The notes beneath the pieces were generated by a model. It searched no databases. It was not told where the DNA came from and saw only the letters and a list, made by a program, of their open reading frames with translations. Position numbers and translations under genes: made by a program. Below are positions 1 to 8,504 of a stretch of 34,197 nt of DNA, piece after piece (the first letter of the stretch is position 1; each line of letters starts with the position of its first letter). The DNA is from Candidatus Binataceae bacterium (lineage in GTDB: Bacteria > Desulfobacterota > Binatia > Binatales > Binataceae), in contig DATGKG010000072.1 of the NCBI GenBank assembly GCA_035294805.1, forward strand, positions 1 through 34,197, written 5' to 3'.

Positions 1-7
1 ATCCCGA

Positions 8-2110
8 CTACCACCGGATTACCTGCTCGTACACCTTCGGCAACTGCATCGGCAGCGAGGCGATATCCTCGATGACCAGGTAGCGCGACGACTGGCACAT
101 CTGGCGCAAATAATCGTGGCCAGTTTTATCGACGGTGATGCAAAACGGAAGCACGCCGGCCAACTCGAGTTCCTTGAGCGCGACCATCGTATCCTGAATT
201 CCGTACGCGTTGGAGCGGCGATCGTGACCGTAATCGAAATCCTGCGGGAATCCGTCACTCAGCAGAATCATGTGCTTGGAGCGCGAGGAAACGTCTTTGA
301 ATTTCTCGCGCACATGCCGAATCGCAGCGCCCATTCGGGTCGAGCGCTTGGGCTCGATCGATCCGATGCGGCATTTCACTTCGTCGGACAGCTCGTTGTC
401 GAATTCCTTGATGACGTAAAACTCGACGTTGTCGCGCCCGTGGCCCGAGAAACCCATGATGGCGAACGCGTCGCCGATTTCCTCGAGCGCCTGCGCCATG
501 ATGATGAGCGCTTCCTTGTTCACATCGATGATCCGGCGCGGACGCTGGCTCTGCTGCGGACGGCGCTGCCACGCTTTCATCCAATCGTCGTCATCGTTGT
601 CGGCGTCGGTAAACTTGCGCGGCTCGCGATGAATCGGCTCGTCAGTCGAGGCCGACATGTCGAGCAGGAACAGCGTCGCGACGTCGCGCGCTTCCTTCTT
701 GCGCGCGCTGTAGACGCGCACGTCGGGCACTTCGCCCATGATGCGTGCGACGCGCATCTCGATGGTGCGATCGATGTCGATTTCGTCGCCGTCCTCGAGT
801 CCTTTCACCAATCGGAACGACGCCGGCCGGATGCGCTGGAATTGGCGGCGCACCACCGGCAGCATCTCGGAGTAGCGCTGCAGCGTGTTGTTGTAGAAAT
901 CGCCGTCGTCGCCGGAAACCTCGACCTCGCGCAGGCGGCACCAGTTGCGACGGTAATCGGCGAGCACGTAGTCCCACTCGTCGTAGGCGAAATATGAGTC
1001 CTGCTTGGTGCGGCTCATGACGAGGCGACCGTGCCCCGACATCGAGCCGATCTCGCCGAGCTGCTCGCGCATCTGCTCCAGCTCCTCGGCCTGCTTGCCG
1101 GTGAGCTGCGTGAGATACATGCCCTCACCGTCGGCGGCGCCGCTCGATTGCGAGGGATCGATCTTCGCGCCCTGCTCCAGCAGCTTCTTGAGCTCCTCGG
1201 GCGAGAGCGCCCTGCTCTTGCCGCCCTTGGGCGATTTGCCGGAGACCTGCAGATTGACGTTCTCGTCAGGCTCGCCGCCATCGGCGTCGCCATCGCCTTC
1301 CTGTTCGCCTTCGGCGGATTCGCCGCCCTGCCCTTTGATCGCGCTGATGAGATCGTTGCGCACCTGATCGGCGCCTTCGAGCGGATTGCCCTCGCCGGCC
1401 TCGCGCGCCTGTTTGATCAGATCCTGTATCCAGGTGTAGAGCGCGCCCGCCTGCCGGGTGCTGTCGAGCACGTTCGCGCCGGCATCGCGCAGCGGCTCGA
1501 AGTAGGTCGAGGCCTGCGCGGCGAAACTTCCCATCGCTTCTTCATTCGGCTCGATCAGTCCGAGCGACGCGCGAATCAGCATCGTACTAAGCGAGAATGG
1601 ATTGAGCTTGCCCACCAGAGTGGTGTTGAGGCTCGCGACGCGCGGCGCGAGGCCGAGATAGCGCCGCCGCAGTTCCGCATCGATACGCGAGGATTCGCAC
1701 AGGCGCATCAAGGCGCCGCCGAGTCCGGGATCTTCGAATGACGCGACGAAGCAGTCGATCGCCTCCGCGCCTTTCTCCCCGCGCTCATCGAAGCCGGGAA
1801 TATCGGACAAGTTCAGATCGAAGGTGCCGAATTCGTGACGGCTCGCGAGATGCGCCGCGACCGCGAAGAAGTAGTCATGGGTCTGCTTCGCGTCGCCGAG
1901 CGATTCGATGTGCTCGGGGAGATAGATCATCTCACCCGCCATCAGCGGATAGTGAAACGGAAGCATCACCGACGAGTTGGTGAGCGAATCGACGCGGAAT
2001 TCGAGCGGAAACAACATCCGCATGAACTTCGTTACGACGCCCTTGATCTCGTGAAGCGATAGAGCCGGCTGAGAAACGCTGTCTGCCATTGGTTGTATTG
2101 ATTGTGGCAA
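8..2110 (-). CDS. VWA-domain protein, NorD/CbbO-like (adaptor type normally paired with a MoxR-class AAA+ ATPase)
   Basis: 700-aa ORF. The C-terminal von Willebrand A domain has the MIDAS motif DxSxS (LFLLDMSAST). The N-terminal IYLPEHI...AVAAHLASRHEFGTF region resembles NorD/CbbO. There is an acidic low-complexity linker (GEQEGDGDADGGEPDE). GGAGG lies at 2124..2120, 9 nt before the TTG start at 2110; an alternative ATG is at 2089. Confidence 0.75.
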   Translation of the reverse strand: MPQSIQPMADSVSQPALSLHEIKGVVTKFMRMLFPLEFRVDSLTNSSVMLPFHYPLMAGEMIYLPEHIESLGDAKQTHDYFFAVAAHLASRHEFGTFDLNLSDIPGFDERGEKGAEAIDCFVASFEDPGLGGALMRLCESSRIDAELRRRYLGLAPRVASLNTTLVGKLNPFSLSTMLIRASLGLIEPNEEAMGSFAAQASTYFEPLRDAGANVLDSTRQAGALYTWIQDLIKQAREAGEGNPLEGADQVRNDLISAIKGQGGESAEGEQEGDGDADGGEPDENVNLQVSGKSPKGGKSRALSPEELKKLLEQGAKIDPSQSSGAADGEGMYLTQLTGKQAEELEQMREQLGEIGSMSGHGRLVMSRTKQDSYFAYDEWDYVLADYRRNWCRLREVEVSGDDGDFYNNTLQRYSEMLPVVRRQFQRIRPASFRLVKGLEDGDEIDIDRTIEMRVARIMGEVPDVRVYSARKKEARDVATLFLLDMSASTDEPIHREPRKFTDADNDDDDWMKAWQRRPQQSQRPRRIIDVNKEALIIMAQALEEIGDAFAIMGFSGHGRDNVEFYVIKEFDNELSDEVKCRIGSIEPKRSTRMGAAIRHVREKFKDVSSRSKHMILLSDGFPQDFDYGHDRRSNAYGIQDTMVALKELELAGVLPFCITVDKTGHDYLRQMCQSSRYLVIEDIASLPMQLPKVYEQVIRW

Positions 2111-2162
2111 AGACCGATACCTCCGCGCAATTTGCTAATAATCGACGTGATCCACCAGTTCC

Positions 2163-2191
2163 TTGACTTGCCGGTCAGCGCGGGACTTAAT
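2163..2191 (+). promoter_or_regulatory. Putative sigma70-type promoter of the M16 peptidase operon (-35 TTGACT, 17-nt spacer, -10 CTTAAT)
   Basis: TTGACT at 2163..2168, an exact 17-nt spacer, then CTTAAT at 2186..2191. The ATG at 2203 is only 11 nt past the -10 and has no Shine-Dalgarno, which implies a near-leaderless mRNA. Motif match only. Confidence 0.3.
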
Positions 2192-2202
2192 CGTTAGACA
2201 CC

Positions 2203-3624
2203 ATGCTTCATCAACTCCGCGCTCCAACCGCGTCTGCGCTCGTCTGCTCGCTCGCCCTCGCCATTTCGATTGCATTCGCGAGCACGGCCCGCGCGGGCAT
2301 GTCCGATAACGTCAAGACCGCGACGCTGCCCAACGGACTTCGCGTTCTGGTACTCGAGAATCACAAGGCGCCGGTGGTGACGTTTCACATCTTCTATAAG
2401 GTGGGCTCGCGCAACGAGCAGGTCGGCAAGACCGGCCTCGCGCATCTGCTCGAGCATCTGATGTTTCGCGGCACCAAGAAATACAAGCCCGAGGAGATCG
2501 ACGCGATCATCCAGGAGAACGGAGGGGACCTGAACGCGATGACCTCCGAGGACTTCACCGAATATTTCGAGAACATCAATCGGGATCATCTTGACGTGCC
2601 CATCAGCGTCGAAGCCGATCGCATGGCGAACCTCGATCCGAAAGGCTTCGATGCGGAGAAAGCAGTAGTTATGGAAGAGCGCCGGATGCGCACCGAAGAC
2701 AATCCGGAGGACGCGCTCGACGAACTGTCGCGCGCTCAAGCCTACATCGAGCATCCATATCACTGGCCTACCATCGGATGGATGCACGACATCCAAGGGC
2801 TAACGCTGGATGACGCGCTCGCGTTCCACGCGATTTACTACTCGCCGCAAAACGCGCTCATCGTGACGGTTGGAGACTTCGACGCCGACAAAGTGATGAA
2901 GCAGATAAGCGAGCAATTCGGATCGATCAAGAATGGGCCGAAGCCGCCGCCCTTCGATCAAATCGAGCCGCCCCAGGAAGGCGAACGACGCGTCATCCTG
3001 CGGCATGCGGCAAATCTGCCCGCGATCGAAGAATCGTTTCACGTGCCGAATCTCAAAAATCCAGACGCGTATCCGCTGGAAGTCCTGTCTGAAGTACTGG
3101 CCGACGGAAAGAGCTCGCGGCTCTATCAGGACCTCGTGATCGAGAAGCGGCTGGTGGTCGGGACCAGCGCGGGCTCCAACATGCTCTCATTCGATGCGCC
3201 GCTGTTCACGTTTTCTGCGCAGATGCGTCCGAATGTGAAGGCGGACGAGGTGCTTGCCGAAGTCGATCGCCAGATCAAGATGCTGCAGGACAAACCGGTC
3301 GGCGCCGACGAACTGCAGAAAGCCAAGAACCTCGAGCAAGCGGAGTTTGTGTACGGTCAGGATTCGATTTTCAATCAGGCGATGCAGCTCGGCACTTACG
3401 AGTTGCTCGGCAATTATAAGATGATCGATCAGTACATCCCATCGATCGACAACGTCACCGCCGCGGACGTGCAGCGCGTCGCGCAAAAATACCTCGTGAA
3501 GGACAATCGCACGGTGGCGATCCTCGAACCGACCGGACTGCTGCCGAAGCAGGCGGGAGGCGGGCCGAGCGGCGGCATGGTGCATCATTCGATGAGCTTC
3601 GACGAAGAAGGCGGTGTGCGATGA
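2203..3624 (+). CDS. M16 family zinc peptidase (pitrilysin/insulinase-like), catalytic subunit, secreted
   Basis: 473-aa ORF. N-terminal signal peptide (LALAISIAFASTARA). Inverted zinc motif HxxEH = HLLEH at 2443..2457. Typical M16 two-domain length. ATGA overlap with the next gene at 3621..3624. Confidence 0.9.
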   Translation: MLHQLRAPTASALVCSLALAISIAFASTARAGMSDNVKTATLPNGLRVLVLENHKAPVVTFHIFYKVGSRNEQVGKTGLAHLLEHLMFRGTKKYKPEEIDAIIQENGGDLNAMTSEDFTEYFENINRDHLDVPISVEADRMANLDPKGFDAEKAVVMEERRMRTEDNPEDALDELSRAQAYIEHPYHWPTIGWMHDIQGLTLDDALAFHAIYYSPQNALIVTVGDFDADKVMKQISEQFGSIKNGPKPPPFDQIEPPQEGERRVILRHAANLPAIEESFHVPNLKNPDAYPLEVLSEVLADGKSSRLYQDLVIEKRLVVGTSAGSNMLSFDAPLFTFSAQMRPNVKADEVLAEVDRQIKMLQDKPVGADELQKAKNLEQAEFVYGQDSIFNQAMQLGTYELLGNYKMIDQYIPSIDNVTAADVQRVAQKYLVKDNRTVAILEPTGLLPKQAGGGPSGGMVHHSMSFDEEGGVR

Positions 3625-4973
3625 GGCCGCGAATCCTGGCAGTGCTCACCGCCGCGTTCCTCGCGATGAACTTGGTTGCAACGCGCGCCGACGCTCTCGA
3701 CATAAAGCGGATGACGCTCTCCAATGGCGCTGTGCTGCTGGTCTCGGAACAGCACCTGCTGCCGATGGTCACCCTCGCGATCGCATTCGATGCGGGATCG
3801 CGCCGCGATCCGAAAGGCAAGGAGGGCCTCGCGGAGCTGACCGCCGACAGCCTCACGCAGGGGACCAAAGAACTCAGCGCAACCGAGTTCAATCAGAAGA
3901 CCGATTTCATGGGCAGCGAAATTTCGATAGCGGCCGGGCGCGACAGCGCCGAGGCGAGCTTTACCTCGCTCAAAAAGTATGAAGATCAGACCTTGAGTTT
4001 ACTCGCGCAGATACTTACCAATCCTGGTCTGCGCCCCGCCGATATCGAGCGCAAACGCGCCGAGATGGTCGCCGCGATCAATGCCGAAGAGGAATCGCCG
4101 CACTATGTCGCGCAAGTGACCTTCGGCAAGAAACTATTCGGCCCCGATCATCCGTATGGACATCCACCGGAAGGCTTCAAGGAAACCACCTCGAAGCTGA
4201 CCCCGCAGGATGTCATCAACTTTTATCACGACTTCTACAAGATGGGCGGCGCGATCATCGCGGTGGCCGGAGATGTCACCGCTGACGAGATCAAAGCGAA
4301 ACTCGAACAGCAATTCGCTTCGCTGAAAGGAACTGTGCCGGAACAGCCCGCGCCGCCGGCGCCGGCCGTCGCGCCCGGAATTCATCCCGTGCTAGTCGAT
4401 CAGAACGTCGCGCAGGCCAACGTGGTGATGGGTTTCGGCGGCGTCGAGCGCTCCAATCCCGATTACTACAAGCTCCAGGTGATGAACCACATCCTGGGCG
4501 GAGGCGGACTCACCTCGCGCCTGATGCGCGAAGTGCGTACCAAAAAGGGCCTCGTCTATGGCGTCGGCAGCGCCTTCGACGCGGGAAAATTTCCGGGCTC
4601 GTTCGAGTTGCTCCTGCAAACCAAAAACAAAAGCGCCAACGAAGCGATTACGGCATCGCTCGAACAGCTGCGCCTGATGCAGCAGCAGCCCGTCACCGAC
4701 GACGAGCTCAGCTCGACCAAGAAGTATCTGGTCGGCAGCTTCCCTCTGAAGTTCGACACGCTGGGAAAAATCGACAGCTTCATGTTGCAGGTCGAGATGT
4801 ATGGACTCGGTATCGATTATCCCGATCGCTATCCGAAGCTGGTCGGCGACGTGACCAGGGATGACGTGCAAGCGAGCGCGAAGAAGTATCTGCATCCCGA
4901 TGCGACGCTGCTGGTGGTCGTGGCCAATCAGCAGGAGGCCGCGATCAAAGTCGACACGCCCACGCCGCATTGA
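3621..4973 (+). CDS. M16 family peptidase-like protein, non-catalytic partner subunit, secreted
   Basis: 450-aa ORF with a signal peptide (LTAAFLAMNLVATRADA). M16-like throughout, but the HxxEH position reads GLAELTAD, so no zinc site. Translationally coupled to the upstream catalytic M16 gene, as in heterodimeric M16B peptidases. Confidence 0.85.
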   Translation: MRPRILAVLTAAFLAMNLVATRADALDIKRMTLSNGAVLLVSEQHLLPMVTLAIAFDAGSRRDPKGKEGLAELTADSLTQGTKELSATEFNQKTDFMGSEISIAAGRDSAEASFTSLKKYEDQTLSLLAQILTNPGLRPADIERKRAEMVAAINAEEESPHYVAQVTFGKKLFGPDHPYGHPPEGFKETTSKLTPQDVINFYHDFYKMGGAIIAVAGDVTADEIKAKLEQQFASLKGTVPEQPAPPAPAVAPGIHPVLVDQNVAQANVVMGFGGVERSNPDYYKLQVMNHILGGGGLTSRLMREVRTKKGLVYGVGSAFDAGKFPGSFELLLQTKNKSANEAITASLEQLRLMQQQPVTDDELSSTKKYLVGSFPLKFDTLGKIDSFMLQVEMYGLGIDYPDRYPKLVGDVTRDDVQASAKKYLHPDATLLVVVANQQEAAIKVDTPTPH

Positions 4974-5018
4974 CGCGCAGCGGCCCCGCGCGATATCCGT
5001 GAAATCCGGAGAAGGTCT

Positions 5019-5639
5019 ATGAGCATCGCGAAACAACCGTGGAAAATTCAGGGCGAGTACTTCGAATCGTGCAATTGCGAAGTGGTCTGCCCGTGTCTTC
5101 TCTCCAATGCGCAGGCGCGTCCGACCGAGGGGCACTGTGATGTCGTCCTCGCGTTTCGCATCGACAAGGGAAACTTCGGCGCAACCGATATTTCCGGACT
5201 GAACGCCGCACAGGCGCTCATCACGCCCGGGCCTATGGCGCAAGGCAACGGCACGCTCGCGGTCTATGTCGACAGCCGCGGGACGTCGGAACAACGTGCC
5301 GCACTCGAAGCGATTTTCACCGGCACCGCCGGCGGACCGCCCTCGCTATTTGGACCGATGATCTCGAAGAGCCTGGGCTGCAAAGCGGTCGAAATCAGCT
5401 TCACGATGCATGGCAACGAGCGCAAACTGGTGATTCCCGGCATCACCGAGGTCTCCGTGAAAGGCTTCGCAGGACGCGGCGGCAAGGACGTCGTGTGGTT
5501 CGAGAACGTCGGTCATCCATATTCGGCCCGGCTCGCGGCGGCGAAGGGTGTCGATAGCAACTACAAGGACCACTCGCTCGACTTCCACAACTCCGGCCGC
5601 AACGCGCACTATTCCGGCATCGATTGGACTAGCAGCTGA
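5019..5639 (+). CDS. DUF1326 family protein (cysteine-rich, function unknown)
   Basis: 206-aa ORF. The N-terminal WKIQGEYFESCNCEVVCPCLL motif (CNCEVVCPC at 5070..5096) is, as I recall, characteristic of DUF1326. GGAGAAGG RBS at 5008..5015. Confidence 0.8.
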   Translation: MSIAKQPWKIQGEYFESCNCEVVCPCLLSNAQARPTEGHCDVVLAFRIDKGNFGATDISGLNAAQALITPGPMAQGNGTLAVYVDSRGTSEQRAALEAIFTGTAGGPPSLFGPMISKSLGCKAVEISFTMHGNERKLVIPGITEVSVKGFAGRGGKDVVWFENVGHPYSARLAAAKGVDSNYKDHSLDFHNSGRNAHYSGIDWTSS

Positions 5640-5645
5640 CGCGCG

Positions 5646-5750
5646 ATGGCGGCCGCGCCCGCATCTTTAGCACTCGCTACGCAGCCGATACGCGATCGCA
5701 TCGTGCTGTGGGGTAGCATCGTCATCATCACCGCGCTCGCGTGGATCTAG
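5646..5750 (+). other. Detached 5' segment of the DUF2182 gene (ATG plus 33 sense codons, then an in-frame TAG)
   Basis: Same reading frame as 5757..6383. It translates to MAAAPASLALATQPIRDRIVLWGSIVIITALAWI followed by TAG at 5748..5750. It encodes the hydrophobic helix that normally opens DUF2182 proteins. Confidence 0.55.
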
Positions 5751-5756
5751 CTCATC

Positions 5757-6383
5757 GTGATGCCGATGGGCGCGGCATCATGGATTCTCGACGCGACGCT
5801 GATGTTCCTGATGTGGGCCGTGATGATGGTCGCGATGATGCTGCCGTCCGCGGCGCCGATGCTTTCGACCTACGCGCGCATCGCGTCGGCGCGCGAGGGC
5901 TCTCGGGCCTATCACGTTTGGATGTTCGCGGCAGGCTACTTTGTGGTCTGGACCGGATTCAGCCTCGCCGCGACAATTCTTCAGTATGCGCTACAAAATG
6001 TCGCTATAGTATCCAATGGGATGCGGACCGGACCGACCGCGGGCGGTGTCATCCTCGCGGCGGCGGGGATCTATCAACTCACCCCACTCAAAAGTGTATG
6101 TCTCAAGCGATGCCGAACGCCGATCGGATTTTTCATGACCAACTGGCGCGATGGCGCGCGCGGTGCGCTTGCCATGGGAATCGAGCACGGCGCGTTCTGC
6201 ACCGGATGCTGCTGGATGCTGATGGCGCTGCTGTTCGTCGCGGGCGTGATGAACCTCGCGTGGGTCGCTGCGATCAGCGTGCTGGTGTTGCTCGAGAAGG
6301 CGGCGCCGTACGGACGCGCGATCGCGCTGGCATCGGGCGTGGCGATGATCGCGGCCGGAGTGATTCTCGCGATCCGCTACTGA
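5757..6383 (+). CDS. DUF2182 family integral membrane protein (predicted metal-binding), N-terminally truncated as an open frame
   Basis: 208-aa ORF with multiple hydrophobic helices. MWAVMMVAMMLPSAAPM and CTGCCWMLMALLF motifs are typical of DUF2182. It directly follows DUF1326, the usual partner. GTG 5757 or ATG 5760 start. The open frame continues upstream to ATG 5646 apart from one TAG. Confidence 0.75.
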   Translation: MMPMGAASWILDATLMFLMWAVMMVAMMLPSAAPMLSTYARIASAREGSRAYHVWMFAAGYFVVWTGFSLAATILQYALQNVAIVSNGMRTGPTAGGVILAAAGIYQLTPLKSVCLKRCRTPIGFFMTNWRDGARGALAMGIEHGAFCTGCCWMLMALLFVAGVMNLAWVAAISVLVLLEKAAPYGRAIALASGVAMIAAGVILAIRY

Positions 6384-6949
6384 TGGATCGCAAATCGATT
6401 TTCACGATCGGACACTCGACGCATCCGATCGAAGAATTCCTCACGCTTCTCTCGCAGCATGAAATCGTCGCTCTCGCCGATGTGCGATCGTACCCCTCCT
6501 CGAAACGATGGCCGCACTTCAATCAGGAGGAGTTGCAACGCGCGCTCGCGCGCGGCGGCATCGAGTATCGATGGATGAAGTCTCTCGGCGGCCGCCGTCA
6601 TTCGAAGGATGCGACCTCCCCGCACACCGCGTGGCTAATTCCCGCCTTCCGATCCTATGCCGACTATGCCGACACCGATGACTTTCGCGCGGGACTCGAT
6701 GAACTGATCGCGCTCGCCAAATCGAAGCGCACCGCCTACATGTGTTCGGAGGGTCTTTGGTGGCGATGCCATCGGCGCCTCATTTCGGATCATCTCATCA
6801 TGCGCGGCTGGAAGGTGATGCACATCATGCCGACGGGCAAACTGACTTCGCACGCACTCCCGAACTTTGCCCGCATCGAAGATGGAAGAATATTCTACGA
6901 TGTGATCTCTGGCTCCCCTTCCCCTTCAGAAGAAGGGGCTGGGGGTTAG
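6383..6949 (+). CDS. DUF488 family protein
   Basis: 188 aa starting MDRKSIFTIGHSTHPIEEF...ADVRSYPSS...YMCSEGLWWRCHRRLI, which are typical DUF488 motifs. Its ATG overlaps the TGA of the DUF2182 gene (TGATG at 6381..6385). The 402-aa ORF in the track (5741..6949) is this gene plus a spurious out-of-frame upstream extension. Confidence 0.85.
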   Translation: MDRKSIFTIGHSTHPIEEFLTLLSQHEIVALADVRSYPSSKRWPHFNQEELQRALARGGIEYRWMKSLGGRRHSKDATSPHTAWLIPAFRSYADYADTDDFRAGLDELIALAKSKRTAYMCSEGLWWRCHRRLISDHLIMRGWKVMHIMPTGKLTSHALPNFARIEDGRIFYDVISGSPSPSEEGAGG

Positions 6950-6960
6950 GTCCGCTTTGC
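6905..6960. repeat. REP-like GC-rich hairpin element, copy A (at the convergent DUF488/murE junction)
   Basis: Perfect stem CCCCTTC (6921..6927), loop AGAA, GAAGGGG (6932..6938), extended by CCCC 6915..6918 / GGGG 6941..6944. Its reverse complement aligns by eye with 8565..8625 (GCGGACCTAAC....AGCCCCTTC vs GCAGACCTAAC....AGCCCCTTC). Confidence 0.55.
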
Positions 6961-8493
6961 CAGTTCGCGAACGACCTCGCGATCATCAAATTTGAGAACC
7001 TTGTCTCCGACCAACTGATAATCCTCATGCCCCTTGCCAGCGATGATCGCGACATCGCCTTCGCGCGCGAGGCGAAGTGCGATCGCGATTGCGCCGCGAC
7101 GATCCGGTTCGACGATATAGCCATGCGAATCGTTCGCGCGCGCTTCATCGATGCGCACCAGGCCTGCGCGCTTCAGGCCGGCTTCGACATCGGCGATGAT
7201 CTTAAGCGGGTCTTCGGTGCGCGGATTATCGGAAGTCAGAATCGCGAGGTTGGCCAGGCGCGCCGCGATCTCACCCATCAGGGGACGCTTGCCGCGATCG
7301 CGATCGCCGCCGCATCCGAACACGCACACGAGTCGCCCGCGCGTGAGCGGACGCAACGTATTCAGCACCGCCTCGAGCGCGTCGGGCTTGTGCGCGTAAT
7401 CGACGAGCACCGTGACGCCGTCGCGCACCGGCACAGCCTCCATTCTGCCGGGGGCCCCGGAGCATCTCCTCACACCTTCAGCCACCGCCGACCCATCGAT
7501 GCCCGAGGCCGCCGACAGAGCGGAGGCCCCGAGGATATTGCGCAGATAAAAGTCGCCGAGCATCGACGATTCGATATCGATCTCGCGTCCCATCGCTCTG
7601 ATCGTTCCACGAATTCCGTTGATGCCGGTTTCGACGCGAATCGGATGGACATCGTTTGATTGATCGAGGCCGAAACTGATTTTGCGAACTTTGGTCTCGG
7701 CGAGAATTCGCCTGCCGTAGGGATCGTCGCCGTTCACGACCGCGATCGGATCGCGACGCGAACTCTTGGGGAGAATTTCGGTGAACAGCCGCAGCTTGGC
7801 GGCGAAATAATTCTCGATATTGCCATGATAGTCGAGATGATCGCGTCCGAGGTTGGTGAAAATCGCGGCGCTGAAGTTGAGCACGTCGACGCGCCCCTCG
7901 ACGATCCCGATCGATGAAACCTCGGCGAATGCGTCATGCACGCCGTCGCGTTCCATCCGCGCCAAGGCGGATTCAAAATCGACCGACTCCGGCGTCGTGA
8001 GGCCATGATACATTTTTTCATCGCGCACAAAAATTCCGATGGTGCCGATAATGCCCGACGGGCGGCCTGCCGCTTCGAAAATCGATCGCAACAAATATGT
8101 AGTGGTGGTCTTGCCGCTGGTGCCGGTGATGCCGATCAGATTGACGCGCTCGCTCGGTGCGCCGAAAAAGCGCGCCGCAGCCACGCCCATCAAGAGCCGT
8201 GGCCGCGGCGCATCGACAATGGTTGTTCCCGCCGGCTGTCCGGCGGGAACGTTAACCGCGAGGCGCGCCTCATCTGGAGCCCACAACCGCCCATCAACCA
8301 CCACCGCATGCGCCCCGCGGCTCAATGCATCATCAAGGTTGGCCCGCTTGCGCGCCACATCGCGGGCCAGCGCGAAGAACAGCTTCCCAGGCTGTACTTC
8401 GCGCGAGTCGTAGCTGATTCCGGTGATTTCCACTCCGGCATCGCCCTCGATTGCGCGAACCGGCGCTCCGGCGATCAGCTCGTTGAGTTTCAA
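6946..8493 (-). CDS. murE: UDP-N-acetylmuramoyl-L-alanyl-D-glutamate--2,6-diaminopimelate ligase
   Basis: 515-aa ORF. Mur ligase P-loop GITGTSGKTTTTYL. DNPR motif (LTSDNPRTEDP), diagnostic of meso-DAP-adding MurE. Lies directly downstream of ftsI in the dcw cluster. TTG start with GAAGAGG upstream. Confidence 0.93.
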   Translation of the reverse strand: MKLNELIAGAPVRAIEGDAGVEITGISYDSREVQPGKLFFALARDVARKRANLDDALSRGAHAVVVDGRLWAPDEARLAVNVPAGQPAGTTIVDAPRPRLLMGVAAARFFGAPSERVNLIGITGTSGKTTTTYLLRSIFEAAGRPSGIIGTIGIFVRDEKMYHGLTTPESVDFESALARMERDGVHDAFAEVSSIGIVEGRVDVLNFSAAIFTNLGRDHLDYHGNIENYFAAKLRLFTEILPKSSRRDPIAVVNGDDPYGRRILAETKVRKISFGLDQSNDVHPIRVETGINGIRGTIRAMGREIDIESSMLGDFYLRNILGASALSAASGIDGSAVAEGVRRCSGAPGRMEAVPVRDGVTVLVDYAHKPDALEAVLNTLRPLTRGRLVCVFGCGGDRDRGKRPLMGEIAARLANLAILTSDNPRTEDPLKIIADVEAGLKRAGLVRIDEARANDSHGYIVEPDRRGAIAIALRLAREGDVAIIAGKGHEDYQLVGDKVLKFDDREVVRELAKRT

Positions 8494-8504
8494 GAGAGCC
8501 TCTT

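Noticed and set aside
5748-5750. TAG reassignment or pyrrolysine-type recoding as the explanation for the in-frame stop in DUF2182
   Set aside because: TAG terminates several well-delimited genes in this same window. No pyl genes or PYLIS-like context are visible. A point mutation or sequencing error is simpler.
5741-6382. N-terminal two thirds of the 402-aa ORF 5741..6949
   Set aside because: It is out of frame with, and overlaps, the DUF2182 membrane-protein gene, and its composition is Arg/Asp/Gly-rich. Only the part from ATG 6383 (DUF488) is credible.
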